Source: Deinococcales bacterium | GTDB lineage: Bacteria > Deinococcota > Deinococci > Deinococcales > JAAFIG01 | Direction: 5' to 3' | Length of the DNA: 64,000 nucleotides | Assembly (NCBI GenBank): GCA_031414595.1 | Contig: JANNVX010000114.1 | Span: 9,497 to 73,496 of the forward strand | Shown here: positions 38,564-48,625 of the stretch, piece after piece | Layout: each line of letters begins with the position of its first letter | Numbering within the stretch: the first letter of the stretch is position 1 | Program-made: the position numbers and the translations under genes | The notes under the pieces: generated by a model | Database searches by the model: none | What the model saw: only the letters and a program-made list of their open reading frames with translations | What the model was told of the DNA's origin: nothing

Positions 38564-39046
38564 ATGGTTCATTATGATATTCCCAAGCAGCTTCTTCCTG
38601 AAAAACAACTTACCCATGAAATTTGTCCACCCCAAAAGCTAGGCATCAGTCCAGAGGTGATTCTCAACGGCTTACCGAGGTTGTTACATACCGATGTTCT
38701 CGAGCAGCCAGACCATTTGTTAATCCGTATGAACTTGCCAGGTGTAAAACCAGAAAATGTGGCGGTCACACTAATGAACAATGTCTTATCGGTAGTGGCG
38801 CGGCTCGAGACTGAATCGCTAGAAGCACAGTATTTGTGGCGTGAACGCCCAAGTGGTGAAGTTTTTCGTTCGATTGCTTTAATTGGCGACCTCGAGATGT
38901 GTGGTGGTCGGGCTTTTCTCGAGCATGGCGTGTTGACTGTGCGGGTTAATAAAGTCAATAGCCATGTGCTTGCAGTACAACTTGGGGCGCTCGAGCATGA
39001 TTACTTAGAGCTTGTGCAAACAGACTTTTGTCAAGCTTGGTACTGA
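38564..39046 (+). CDS. Hsp20/alpha-crystallin family small heat shock protein
   Basis: DVLE..D.LLIR..LPGVKPE...V.L..NVL.V, RERP.G.V.RSI.L, A.LEHGVLTV. Confidence 0.85.
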   Translation: MVHYDIPKQLLPEKQLTHEICPPQKLGISPEVILNGLPRLLHTDVLEQPDHLLIRMNLPGVKPENVAVTLMNNVLSVVARLETESLEAQYLWRERPSGEVFRSIALIGDLEMCGGRAFLEHGVLTVRVNKVNSHVLAVQLGALEHDYLELVQTDFCQAWY

Positions 39047-39058
39047 ACAAGGAGTTTT

Positions 39059-39568
39059 ATGACGATTCCAGCCACAAAAATGTTGGCGACTCCAACAGAC
39101 CTAAGCCCAGACCAAGTGACAGCCATTAGCCAAACCATTAATATTTTAATTGCTGATACTTTGGCGCTCTATATTAAAACCAAGAATTTTCATTGGCATT
39201 TGTATGGCGCAGACTTCAAGGAACTGCACGAGCTTTTTGACTCGCACGCCGACCAATTACTGGCTTATGTAGATGTGCTTGCCGAGCGTGTCCGCAAACT
39301 TGGTGAACCAACCCTACATTCAATTTCGCAAATTGCCAAGTTACAACAAATTAAAGATGACAATGAACCCTCGGTCAAGCCACTTGAGATGGTTAAGCGG
39401 TTATTGAGCGATAACCAACAGATGGTTCGTCAGCAACGAACAGCCATTGCACTTTGCGAAGCCAACCACGATTCGCCTACCAGCAATGTTTTACAAACGT
39501 TCCTTGATGAAACCGAGCGTCGTGTTTGGTTTTTATTTGAGATTACCCAAGGAGAAAAATCCAAATAG
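39059..39568 (+). CDS. dps: Dps family protein (copy 2)
   Basis: Same motifs as 23778..24287, with long identical stretches (LHSISQIAKLQQIKDD). Confidence 0.92.
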   Translation: MTIPATKMLATPTDLSPDQVTAISQTINILIADTLALYIKTKNFHWHLYGADFKELHELFDSHADQLLAYVDVLAERVRKLGEPTLHSISQIAKLQQIKDDNEPSVKPLEMVKRLLSDNQQMVRQQRTAIALCEANHDSPTSNVLQTFLDETERRVWFLFEITQGEKSK

Positions 39569-39776
39569 TTTTTTCTAGGTCAAAAGGAGTATTTATGGAC
39601 AGCACTAAAAAAAACTTGAGGCGGCAACTCGAGCCGCTTGGAATACCCAGGGTGTGACTTCGGTCAGAAACGACATTTTGATTGCTTGAAACTCGGAAGT
39701 GAAAACTGAACCAGTCGTTTCTCGCCACTCGAGATGATGCCGTGCATATTAAGTGAGACGCTAAACAGGAGTAATC

Positions 39777-40439
39777 ATGAAAACCGATAAAAAATTACAA
39801 GAAGATGTTCTTGCCGAACTGGATTTTGAACCAAGTGTCAATGCGGCTCACGTTGGAGTAACCGCCAATAATGGCGTGGTTACACTGACAGGGACAGTGG
39901 ATTCATTTGCTGGCAAAATGGCTATCTCGAGGGTGATTGAACGGGTCAATGGCGTTTTTGGCATCGCCGATGAAATGAAGGTTAATCTGCCCTCGAGCCA
40001 TCAGCGCAACGATACCGACATTGCCCGAGCCGCCGTTGAAGCCCTAGAGTGGAGTTGGCTTATACCGCGTGAGAGCATCAAAGTGAAGGTGCAAAGTGGT
40101 TGGGTGACACTTGAAGGCGAAGTTCATTGGGAGTTTCAGCGCGGTCAGGCACATCAAACGATGAATAGTTTGGTTGGGGTACGCGGGGTCAGCAATAACC
40201 TTAAAATCAAAGCCAGCCAAATTAACATTCAACCGTACAGCATCGAAACCAGCATCAAAAATGCCTTCGAGCGCAACGCCGAACTAAACAGCAAAGCCAT
40301 TTCCATCGAGGTTATGGCTGGACGTGTCACCTTGCGTGGCAATTTACCATCGTTAAAAGAACGTGATTCAGCAGTGTTGGCAGCTTGGAGCGCTCCAGGT
40401 GTGATTGGTGTGGAAAACCGCATTGTGATTGGTACTTAG
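39777..40439 (+). CDS. Triple BON-domain (OsmY-like) protein
   Basis: MKTD..LQ.DV.AEL.FEPSV, GVVTLTG, GWVTLEG, AAWSAPGV..VEN. Confidence 0.9.
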   Translation: MKTDKKLQEDVLAELDFEPSVNAAHVGVTANNGVVTLTGTVDSFAGKMAISRVIERVNGVFGIADEMKVNLPSSHQRNDTDIARAAVEALEWSWLIPRESIKVKVQSGWVTLEGEVHWEFQRGQAHQTMNSLVGVRGVSNNLKIKASQINIQPYSIETSIKNAFERNAELNSKAISIEVMAGRVTLRGNLPSLKERDSAVLAAWSAPGVIGVENRIVIGT

Positions 40440-40506
40440 AACCCATATGGCAATTGGTACTTAGAAAACTTGGCTCGAGACTGCTCGAGATGATTAAAGG
40501 AGAACG

Positions 40507-41166
40507 ATGAATAAGCGAACCGATATTCAAGTCCATAAAGACGTACTTGATGAACTGGGCTTTGACCCAAGTATTGACATATCACAAATTTCAGTGGCTG
40601 TTTCGGATGGCATTGTCACACTTTCGGGCAGTGTGACAAATTTCTATGAAAAATGGAATGCCGAACGTGCTGTCAAGCGCGTAGTAGGAGTCGAGGGTTT
40701 TGCCGAAGAACTAAGCGTTCAGCCTTTTCCAAAAACTGAGCAATCCGACACCGACATTGCTGCTGCGGCTCGTCATGCAATTAAGTGGGGGGTGTCAGTC
40801 CCCGACGAAGACATTCAAATCAAGGTTGAAAACGGCATTATTACGCTTGAAGGGCAAGTGGACTGGCACTACCAAATGAAGAATGTCTATAGCGCTGTGT
40901 TGTACTTACGTGGTGTTAAAGGCGTGAATAACTTAATCAGCCTTAAACCAACTTTAAGCAGTGCTGATGTCCGTGAAAAAATTGAAGCTGCCTTTAAGCG
41001 CAGTGCCTACCTTGATTCCGAACATATTTATGTGACTGCCCAAGGTGGCAATATTACTTTGCGCGGTCATTTGCCCACTTGGACGGAACGCGAATCTGCC
41101 AGCCGTGTGGCGTGGAATGCAGGTGGCGTAATTGCTGTCAACAACGAAATTACAGTCGGTTACTAA
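40507..41166 (+). CDS. Triple BON-domain (OsmY-like) protein
   Basis: Closest in-window paralog of 24410..25066 (NFYEKW..ERAVKRV, DVREKIEAAFKRSA, LPTWTER). Confidence 0.9.
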   Translation: MNKRTDIQVHKDVLDELGFDPSIDISQISVAVSDGIVTLSGSVTNFYEKWNAERAVKRVVGVEGFAEELSVQPFPKTEQSDTDIAAAARHAIKWGVSVPDEDIQIKVENGIITLEGQVDWHYQMKNVYSAVLYLRGVKGVNNLISLKPTLSSADVREKIEAAFKRSAYLDSEHIYVTAQGGNITLRGHLPTWTERESASRVAWNAGGVIAVNNEITVGY

Positions 41167-41205
41167 AAAATTAAACACGAGGCTCGCGTCTTAGGGAGGA
41201 ATATT

Positions 41206-41370
41206 ATGAAACATCTTATTCAAGGCTACTTTACAACCCACGAACTGGCAGAATCGGCTGTACGGGCTGGAAATTATTTGGTATTGGCACACGGCGATGA
41301 ACACCAAATTATGCATTCTCGAGAAGTGTTGGTGGCTCAGGACATCGAAGTCTCGAGTCGGTCGGCTTAA
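41206..41370 (+). CDS. 54-aa ORF resembling an internally deleted general stress protein
   Basis: Strong RBS GGGAGG; MKHLIQGYFTTHELAESAVRAGNYLVLAHGDEHQIMHSREVLVAQDIEVSSRSA. Confidence 0.5.
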   Translation: MKHLIQGYFTTHELAESAVRAGNYLVLAHGDEHQIMHSREVLVAQDIEVSSRSA

Positions 41371-41375
41371 CAATC

Positions 41376-43883
41376 ATGAGCCAACAATTGAGTAAAAATG
41401 TACAGGGTCCAGTCATTATTCAGGGCTTGAACGATACGGCTGTCGCTCAGTCATCGGCTCAGTTTGGACTGAATACATTGTTATTGAGTACCAAACCACG
41501 TTTTCTCGAGATGCTTAAAGGCGTGGTTCTTGAACCGATGTTTTTACTTTTGGTGGTGGCTTGTGCGGTCTATTTTTCGCTAGGAAAATCCAGTGAAGCC
41601 ATCACCCTGATTGTTGCCTTATTTTTAGTGGCGGGAATTTCTTTGTACCAAACTGTCCGCAGTAACCAAGCCTTAAGTGCGCTTCATGACTTAACCCAAC
41701 CGACCGCCCAAGTTTGGCGCAATGGTGCAATCACAACCCTAGCCGTCGAAAAAATTGTGGTCGGTGACTGGGTGGCAACCGCCGAAGGTCAGCAGATTCC
41801 GGCTGATGGTTTAATCAAAAATAGCCAAGATTTTTCCTTAGATGAATCGGTTTTAACGGGCGAATCGGTGGCGGTCTTAAAAGCCGAAAAAGACCAAGTT
41901 TTTGCCGGTACAAGCATTTCGACTGGCAGTGCTTTACTCGAGATTAATGCAGTTGGCTTAAAAACCAAAATCGGGCAGATTGGCAAAAGCATGGCGGTTA
42001 TTCAAACCGAAAAAACACCGTTGCAGTTGCAGATTAATCAATTTGTGATTCGTATGGCATGGGTTGGGGCTGGCGCGTTTATTTTGGTCGGCGGTATCAA
42101 TTATGCCCGTTCAGGCGATTGGATTACGGCATTGCTGCTGAGTTTAACTTTGGTGATGGCGCTACTGCCCGAAGAAATTCCTGTCGCATTTAGTAGTTTT
42201 ATGGCACTTGGGGCGGCTCGGTTAAGTAAAATCGGGGTGCTGACCAAACAACCCCAAACCGTCGAAAGCCTCGGTTCGGCAACCGTAATTTGCTCGGACA
42301 AAACTGGCACAATTACCCAAGATGGCATGACCCTGCGGCAAATTTATGATGCTACAAGCAAAACCGTTGTTTCCTTAGACCAAGGGCTTTCCGCCTCGAG
42401 CCAAGAAATACTGACTTTTGCGCGTTGGGCAAGCGAAGATAAACCATTTGATGCCATGGAACACGCCATTGTGAGTGCCTTTGAAAAATCAAATCAAGAG
42501 GCAGTTTATCCGATGCTGCACGAATATCCTTTAGACGGTACACCACCGATGATGACCCATGTGCGCCAAGCCCCAAATGGTGATGTGCTAATTGCTGGCA
42601 AAGGCGCAGTTGACCATATTCTGGCTGTCTGTAAGCCACAAGCCAAAGAACAGATTCTAGCCATCACCAAAGAACTCTCGAGCCAAGGTTTGCGGGTGCT
42701 TGGTGTGGCTCGAGGTCAGTTTCAAGGCACAACTTACCCTAGCCAACAAGATGATTTTACTTGGACATTTCTTGGTTTACTGGCACTTGAGAATCCACCC
42801 AAAGTAAATGCTGCCAGTACGGTTAAAGCCTTTGGTGAAGCTGGAATCAAAGTTAAGTTAATTACTGGTGATTACCTCGAGACTGCCCAAGCCATTGCCA
42901 GACAAGTCGGATTACCAAATAGTGAACGATTTATGACTGGCGAACAAGTTATGGGCTTAGAGGCGCACTTGTTTCAAGCACAAGTCACCGACACGGCTGT
43001 GTTTGCACGAATGTTCCCAGAAGCAAAACTTAAAGTGGTCGAAGCCCTTAAAGCCAACGGTGAAGTTGTCGCCATGACAGGTGATGGAGTCAACGACGGA
43101 CCCGCCCTCAAAGCCGCCCATATTGGTGTAGCAATGGGTCAGCGTGGCTCGGAAGTGGCTCGGCAAGCCGCTTCATTGGTTTTGGTCAATGACGACCTTG
43201 CTAAAATGGTAGATGCTATCGCCCAAGGTAGACGCATTTACTCAAACCTCAAAAAAGCCGTTTTATACATTGTTGGCATTCATATTCCAATCATTTTGGT
43301 AGTGGCTGTGCCATTACTTGCTGATTGGAAATTTGCAAATTTATTCACCCCAATTCACATAATTTTTCTTGAACTGGTGATGGGACCAACTTGCTCGATT
43401 GCTTTTGAAAACGAACCCGCCGAAGCTGGGCAAATGCAGCAAGCGCCGCGCAAGCTGACCGATTCTTTTTTGTCGGGCGCAGAGTTAAGGCGCAGCATAG
43501 CTCAGGGTTTAGGAATTGCTTTTGCAATTTTAAGTGTTTATTACCTAGCCATGCAAAACGGCTCGAGTCTCGAAGTGGTGCGAACCCTTGTTTTTTGTAC
43601 CTTGGTCATCAGTAATATCTTTTTAACACTGGTCAATCGTTCGCTCAAGGCGTTTGTTTTTCAGACCCTTGGTGTACCCAATAAATTGCTTTGGCTGATG
43701 CTCGGAATAACCCTTTTACTTTTACTGACAACCTTATTTTTTGTACCAGCCCAAAAGTTATTTGGTTTTGCAGCCGTGCCGATTGCTGATTTAGCTTGGG
43801 CAGCCCTAGCTGCCTTACTCGGTGTGGTCTGGATTGAAATTTATAAAGCCCTTGGGTCTGTTAAGCCAACTCAAACCGTCTAA
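41376..43883 (+). CDS. Cation-translocating P-type ATPase (type II-like)
   Basis: DESVLTGES, PEEIP, DKTGT, TGD, GDGVNDGPALK. Confidence 0.93.
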   Translation: MSQQLSKNVQGPVIIQGLNDTAVAQSSAQFGLNTLLLSTKPRFLEMLKGVVLEPMFLLLVVACAVYFSLGKSSEAITLIVALFLVAGISLYQTVRSNQALSALHDLTQPTAQVWRNGAITTLAVEKIVVGDWVATAEGQQIPADGLIKNSQDFSLDESVLTGESVAVLKAEKDQVFAGTSISTGSALLEINAVGLKTKIGQIGKSMAVIQTEKTPLQLQINQFVIRMAWVGAGAFILVGGINYARSGDWITALLLSLTLVMALLPEEIPVAFSSFMALGAARLSKIGVLTKQPQTVESLGSATVICSDKTGTITQDGMTLRQIYDATSKTVVSLDQGLSASSQEILTFARWASEDKPFDAMEHAIVSAFEKSNQEAVYPMLHEYPLDGTPPMMTHVRQAPNGDVLIAGKGAVDHILAVCKPQAKEQILAITKELSSQGLRVLGVARGQFQGTTYPSQQDDFTWTFLGLLALENPPKVNAASTVKAFGEAGIKVKLITGDYLETAQAIARQVGLPNSERFMTGEQVMGLEAHLFQAQVTDTAVFARMFPEAKLKVVEALKANGEVVAMTGDGVNDGPALKAAHIGVAMGQRGSEVARQAASLVLVNDDLAKMVDAIAQGRRIYSNLKKAVLYIVGIHIPIILVVAVPLLADWKFANLFTPIHIIFLELVMGPTCSIAFENEPAEAGQMQQAPRKLTDSFLSGAELRRSIAQGLGIAFAILSVYYLAMQNGSSLEVVRTLVFCTLVISNIFLTLVNRSLKAFVFQTLGVPNKLLWLMLGITLLLLLTTLFFVPAQKLFGFAAVPIADLAWAALAALLGVVWIEIYKALGSVKPTQTV

Positions 43884-43895
43884 AAGGAGACGATC

Positions 43896-44102
43896 ATGAT
43901 ACTCAATCCAAATGAACTTGGCGCATTGGTACTGCTTGCTTTTTTAAGTGCTGGACTGGTGCTGTTTGTACTGCAAATCCACAAAGGCTTCCAGCAAAGC
44001 GAGATTAAACCCGCCCTCGAGAAAAACCAAGAATTGCTTGACCACGGCAAAATTAGTAAAGAAGACTTTGAAACAATCAATCGTGGTCTTAAGTTGCTGT
44101 AA
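43896..44102 (+). CDS. Small membrane protein with SHOCT-like C-terminus
   Basis: One TM, then ELLDHGKISKEDFE; RBS AAGGAG. Confidence 0.6.
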   Translation: MILNPNELGALVLLAFLSAGLVLFVLQIHKGFQQSEIKPALEKNQELLDHGKISKEDFETINRGLKLL

Positions 44103-44125
44103 ATGCAGTGTACAGGAGAAAACCA

Positions 44126-45049
44126 ATGAGTGAAATTGAACGCACCTTAACCGCGCAAAATGTCTCTGCTCAGGTAGCCCCATCACCTAAAACCAGTCGT
44201 TGGGCATATGTGCTGATTGTTCTGGGGTTGTTGTCGTTGCTTGATACGATTGGGCTAAGAAATTGGGGTTTACCTTTGCTGATGGTGATTATTGGTATTG
44301 CCATGGTCATCAAACCTTACGCTTGGGGTAGACCACTAACGCTAGGATTGGTGCTTGTGGCATTGCTTGGCGTTGCTTGGTGGTTTTTTACACAACCTAT
44401 AAACCACATCAGTACCGAACCGATCAGTTATGGCATCACCGCATCTCGAGCCAAAATTGAACTGAATACCAGCCTTGGGCGGCTTGAGATTAACGCCAAT
44501 AATACAGGGTTACTGATGCAAGGCAAGCTCGAGATAAACAGCAATGAACGGCTTGAGCGTCAAGATGAGCTACGCGGCGGTGTGCAGTTTGTGCGATTGG
44601 CAGCAGTTACAACAGGTTCAAACATTTTACTGCCAGACTTCAAAGGCGAACTGGACTCGGGTTGGCAGCTTGGGCTTTCAAAAAATCTACCACTTGAACT
44701 GCAAATAAAAACAGGTGTAGGAAGCGCAAATCTAGATTTAACCAGTCTCAAAGTCGTAAATCTAACGGTTAAAAGTGGAGTCGGTTCAATGACCGTGCAT
44801 TTGCCAGTGGCGGGTCGGGTAATGGCTACTATCGAAGGTGGGGTTGGCGAAATAAGGGTCACGATTGCCCGTGGCATGGCAGCCCGAATTCGCGCCTCAA
44901 GTGGGATTGGTTCAATCAGTGTGCTTGGTGATTATCAGAAGAACGGTGATGTTTATACCTCGAGCAACTTTGAAACTGCTTCTAACCGTCTCGAACTCGA
45001 GGTCAAAGGTGGCATTGGGCGGATTGCTATTGAGCAGGTGGGGCGCTGA
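44126..45049 (+). CDS. Membrane protein with LiaF/DUF2154-like (toast-rack) beta-helix domain
   Basis: Three N-terminal TMs; repeats KTGVGS..LDL, KSGVGS, EGGVGE, SSGIGS, KGGIGRI. Confidence 0.65.
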   Translation: MSEIERTLTAQNVSAQVAPSPKTSRWAYVLIVLGLLSLLDTIGLRNWGLPLLMVIIGIAMVIKPYAWGRPLTLGLVLVALLGVAWWFFTQPINHISTEPISYGITASRAKIELNTSLGRLEINANNTGLLMQGKLEINSNERLERQDELRGGVQFVRLAAVTTGSNILLPDFKGELDSGWQLGLSKNLPLELQIKTGVGSANLDLTSLKVVNLTVKSGVGSMTVHLPVAGRVMATIEGGVGEIRVTIARGMAARIRASSGIGSISVLGDYQKNGDVYTSSNFETASNRLELEVKGGIGRIAIEQVGR

Positions 45050-45258
45050 TGAATGTAAGAGATAAACTCCATGACCAAATAGATAGAATGACCCAAGCCG
45101 AAATCGAGTTGTTTGATGCAATTCTCGAGCATCGCCGCCGAACCTTGGAGGCTCGAGTGCCGCGTCACCCAGATGAAGTTGTTGAATTTAAGCGTTTGCT
45201 GAATCAGTTGACCGAAGCCCACTTGGTAGTACCTGCCCAACAAGGAGAAATATCATGA
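45049..45258 (+). CDS. Hypothetical small helical protein
   Basis: Overlaps both neighbours (TGATG, ATGA), suggesting translational coupling. Confidence 0.55.
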   Translation: MNVRDKLHDQIDRMTQAEIELFDAILEHRRRTLEARVPRHPDEVVEFKRLLNQLTEAHLVVPAQQGEIS

Positions 45259-45524
45259 CCCCTAGCACCCAAGAATTCAAACTGAGCGGTAGCAGCTTAC
45301 TCGGCAAACTCAAAGAATTGGTTCATGAAGGCGATATTCGCCGCATCACGATTAAAAACGAAGAAGGGCATACCTTAATCGAAATCCCACTGACGTATGG
45401 GGTGGTTGGGGTGTTGCTACTGCCTGTCTGGGCAGCCATCGGTGCGATTGCGGCTTTGGCTGCCAGTTTAACGATTGTGGTTGAACGCACCGATGCCGCC
45501 CAAATGCCACCGCTCGAGCCATAA
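45255..45524 (+). CDS. DUF4342 domain protein
   Basis: LLGKLKELVHEGDIRRITIK...LIEIPLTYGVVG..L.P.WAAIGAIAAL...TIVVER. Confidence 0.85.
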   Translation: MTPSTQEFKLSGSSLLGKLKELVHEGDIRRITIKNEEGHTLIEIPLTYGVVGVLLLPVWAAIGAIAALAASLTIVVERTDAAQMPPLEP

Positions 45525-45791
45525 GGGTGACTGATGCAAACCATACGGCGCTCGGTGGTTTTTATTAAATCGGTGCATCCCTTAAATTTTTTGGTGATGT
45601 GCGGCTTTATGGTGGTGTTACTTTTTGAAGTGATAACCAACCAAATAATGTATCTGACTGGCAATTGTTATTTTTTGCATCGAGCATCCGAAAAATTCAA
45701 AAATTTGCCCGAATAATTTGTTGATTTTTAGCGTGTACTTAATCTGCTGACCAAAACTCACTTGGTTGTAGCACCATAATAAGGCAAGTTC

Positions 45792-46221
45792 ATGACCCCT
45801 AAAGAATTCAAATTTGGTAGCAACGGGTTAAACCTCAAGAAGAGGTCGGCGCTGACTTTCTTTACACTAACCTTTGCGCTCTCAATCCCATTTTGGATTG
45901 CTGCTGGGCGTGGTTTGGGCTGTCTGGCATCTGATTCCGTTGCTTTCGGTACAGCGCCCACTAGCATGGGTTGCTTGGTGGTCGCTCAGTTCCGTGGCTT
46001 ACCGGGTGATCATCACTTGGCTTTATAACAACACAGGCAAGAGCGTTTTTATTGCCATTCTTTTTCACGCTACAATCAACGTCACTTATTTTCTCTTTCC
46101 GATACAAGGTTCAAATTACGACCCGCGCATAACGGGCTTAATTGTGGCTTTTTTAGCAGCCATCATCACCCTAGCATTTGGCTCACGCAGCATGGTTCGA
46201 GCGCGAGCCATGCCAACTTGA
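45792..46221 (+). pseudogene. Decayed CPBP/Abi (CAAX-type) intramembrane protease
   Basis: N-terminus (FFTLTFALSIPFW) in one frame; C-terminal motifs (WAVWH.P, WLYN.TG.SV..AILFHA..N) in another; central EE.GWRG motif absent. Confidence 0.7.
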
Positions 46222-46246
46222 AGCTCGAGATTGTAGCAGCCAACTG

Positions 46247-46699
46247 TTATTTACTTCTCGAGGTAAGCCGCACCCGATGTGGTAGTACCAGACGTATCTG
46301 ACTGAAATTACAAGTGATAATTTCAGTGGTTTTGGAAAATTCAATCGCTCCATCGGGTGCGAGTACAAGATTAACTTTTATACTTGGCGACTCGAGACAA
46401 AATCCAACCATTAGCTTCAAGCGTATGGCTTGGGCTTGGTAATGACCAGTGGCGGTTAAAGTCAGTGGGAAAATTGAATTTTGAGCTTGGACAGTTAAAT
46501 ACCCTGTAAGTTGTCCTTGGGTATCGGTCAGGCTAAGTTTTAAGTCCACAAGCACACTCGAGCCTGTCGTTTCGTTTAGTCCAATTACAATTTCTGATTG
46601 ACTGGTGTACAAACCGCTCAGGTTAGGAGCAGAGGTTTGTATAGTCCCAAGCCAAAGCATGGTCATAAGCGCTTGAATAATTGGGCTAAAATTGGACAT
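46247..46699 (-). CDS. Hypothetical exported protein
   Basis: 150-aa ORF with RBS GGAG and a hydrophobic N-terminus; no family recognised. Confidence 0.5.
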   Translation of the reverse strand: MSNFSPIIQALMTMLWLGTIQTSAPNLSGLYTSQSEIVIGLNETTGSSVLVDLKLSLTDTQGQLTGYLTVQAQNSIFPLTLTATGHYQAQAIRLKLMVGFCLESPSIKVNLVLAPDGAIEFSKTTEIITCNFSQIRLVLPHRVRLTSRSK

Positions 46700-46764
46700 A
46701 AGTCTCCAAGGGATTGATCTTTATTTCTTGAGTTTGGTTATAAAGTTTAGCCAGCCGACGAAAT

Positions 46765-47340
46765 CTACTCGAGCAAAATCATAGACTCGACTGGTGCTTC
46801 AGGTGGGATAATTTTAGATTCACTGACCTTAGCATCCGATTCTTTGGCTTTAGATTTTTGCGAAACATACCAACCCAATGCAGCAATCACTGCCCCTACA
46901 CCAACACCTATCTCGAGTAGATTTTGCTCTGGGTCGTTCTTGATTAAGACACCTAAAAATAATACCGACATGGCGACCACCACAACGCCAATCAGGTTCT
47001 GCTTTAAGTCGTCGAGTGTTTCCACCTCGAGCCACTTGGCTGCACCACCTTTTGGGGTTCTGACTTTACGACTGATAAATAGCTCAAATAATCCTGCCGC
47101 AATAACATATAAAACTACCGCCACCAAAAATAAATCGGCTGTCTCTACCGCAAATAACATCAGTGTTTTGGTACTGCCTTCAGAAAACTGACTTAAGAGC
47201 TTTGGTAATAAAAGCATCGTCTTGATGGTTGCATAAATAAACAATGCCAGCGATAACAGGTAGAGCGTTACCACGGCTAAAACCACGATATAACGGGTAT
47301 GCAGCAGTGTTTTTAAGTTTTTTTGTTCTTGTGCTTTCAT
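46765..47340 (-). CDS. YqhA/UPF0114 family membrane protein
   Basis: TRYIVVLAV, DLFLVAVVLY..A.GLFELFI, WL.V.TLDDLK..L..VVVV. Confidence 0.8.
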   Translation of the reverse strand: MKAQEQKNLKTLLHTRYIVVLAVVTLYLLSLALFIYATIKTMLLLPKLLSQFSEGSTKTLMLFAVETADLFLVAVVLYVIAAGLFELFISRKVRTPKGGAAKWLEVETLDDLKQNLIGVVVVAMSVLFLGVLIKNDPEQNLLEIGVGVGAVIAALGWYVSQKSKAKESDAKVSESKIIPPEAPVESMILLE

Positions 47341-47390
47341 GAATCCTCCAAAATTTCTTCAGTTCCCAAGTAAAAGTCAAGCAAAGTCAA

Positions 47391-47495
47391 TTGAATTTAA
47401 CCTGAGCCAAAACTGTGCTTGGACTGAAGAGCCGTGTTTTCCTCAGCTTGGCTTCAAGCATCAAACAGCTTCCGAGCAGCCCTTGAGCCTAACCT
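47391..47495. promoter_or_regulatory. Back-to-back TTCAG-type arrays in the yqhA-like/eRF1-like divergent region
   Basis: Minus-facing TTGAA/CTGAG/CTGTG/CTGAA at 47391/47402/47413/47424. Plus: CTCAG-N6-TTCAA-N6-AACAG-N6-AGCAG-N10-TAACCT. Confidence 0.65.
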
Positions 47496-47518
47496 GTACT
47501 CGAGTAAAAGGAGTTCAT

Positions 47519-48625
47519 ATGCTGGAATCACAAAAACTCGACCAAGAGACAATCAAAGCGCTAACTTTGGAGCTTCCAAAAACCGAGGTTTTGACGGCTG
47601 TTTGCCATGTCAATCCGGGTAGCCAAGTGAACCAAGGGGCGGCACTACGGATTCGGATAAAAAATGCACTGCATCAACTCGAGTTGCCTGATGCGCTTAA
47701 GAACGCGGTGATGGATGATTTGAGTCTTGCCCAAACCCAGACCCGAACAAGGGTTTATTACCTTTGGGATGAACACGGTCATGTCAAATCGCGGATGATC
47801 GATGTACAACTCGAGTTACCGGAAGTGGTGCGTTTTGGTCTGCCAGATTTTGAACCATTGCATTTTGCACTTGAAACCAATCCCGTCACCGCAATTGTGC
47901 TGGTTGACCGTGAATGGCGGCGTTTATTTACCGTCAACCTAGGCGAAATCCATGAACTGCTAAATAGCGAAGATACACTCGAGAATGATAAATCTGGGGT
48001 GCTTGGGCGCGACACCGATAAAAGTCAACGCGAGCAGCACGATGACCAAGTTTTTTGGCGCAAGCTGATAGAGCAAATTATTCATTTACATCAGGCGGTT
48101 GGGTTTACACAATTGCTACTTGCGGGTACGCCCGAAGCCCGTTCAAGTTTATTTGAGCAAATGCCTCTGGTTTTACAGCAATTGGTGGCTGGTGAGTTTA
48201 TTGTGTTAGGCGATGCGACACCTGCCGATGTTCTCGAGGCGGCGCAAATGACTTTAGCACTTGCCACATACAACACTGGCACTACCCTGCTCGAAAAAGT
48301 TCTTGGGTATGGTATGAAAGGGGCTGAGACAACACTAACGGCTGTTCAGGAAGGGCAAATTTATGAACTTCTGGTTTCTGGCGATGCCTTTGATATTCCA
48401 GTCTGGCGTGATGCCCAAGGGTACATTTTTGCCACCTATCCCGCCCAAGGTATTTCACCATTGACTGGTCTTGGTGTAGAGGGCATGGTCTTGCGGGATG
48501 CACTTCCAGAATTACGTGAGCGTTTTGGTCTAAAAGTGCATTTTTTGCATGGCGAGCTTGCCAAAAGGCTCGAGACCGAAATGGGCGGCTTGGCTGGATT
48601 AGCACACTACCAAGCAGTCAAATGA
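47519..48625 (+). CDS. Bacterial archaeo-eukaryotic release factor (baeRF/eRF1/pelota-like) protein
   Basis: IVLVDR...RLF...LGEI.E, LLLAG.PE...L...P..L, G.E.TL.AVQEGQI.ELLV, C-terminal GGLAGLAHY (eRF1 GGIGAxLRY-like); RBS AAGGAG. Confidence 0.7.
   Translation: MLESQKLDQETIKALTLELPKTEVLTAVCHVNPGSQVNQGAALRIRIKNALHQLELPDALKNAVMDDLSLAQTQTRTRVYYLWDEHGHVKSRMIDVQLELPEVVRFGLPDFEPLHFALETNPVTAIVLVDREWRRLFTVNLGEIHELLNSEDTLENDKSGVLGRDTDKSQREQHDDQVFWRKLIEQIIHLHQAVGFTQLLLAGTPEARSSLFEQMPLVLQQLVAGEFIVLGDATPADVLEAAQMTLALATYNTGTTLLEKVLGYGMKGAETTLTAVQEGQIYELLVSGDAFDIPVWRDAQGYIFATYPAQGISPLTGLGVEGMVLRDALPELRERFGLKVHFLHGELAKRLETEMGGLAGLAHYQAVK

Noticed and set aside
45534-45716. 60-aa ORF after the DUF4342 gene
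   Set aside because: Weak RBS, no recognisable family, AT-rich decayed region; cannot support as a gene
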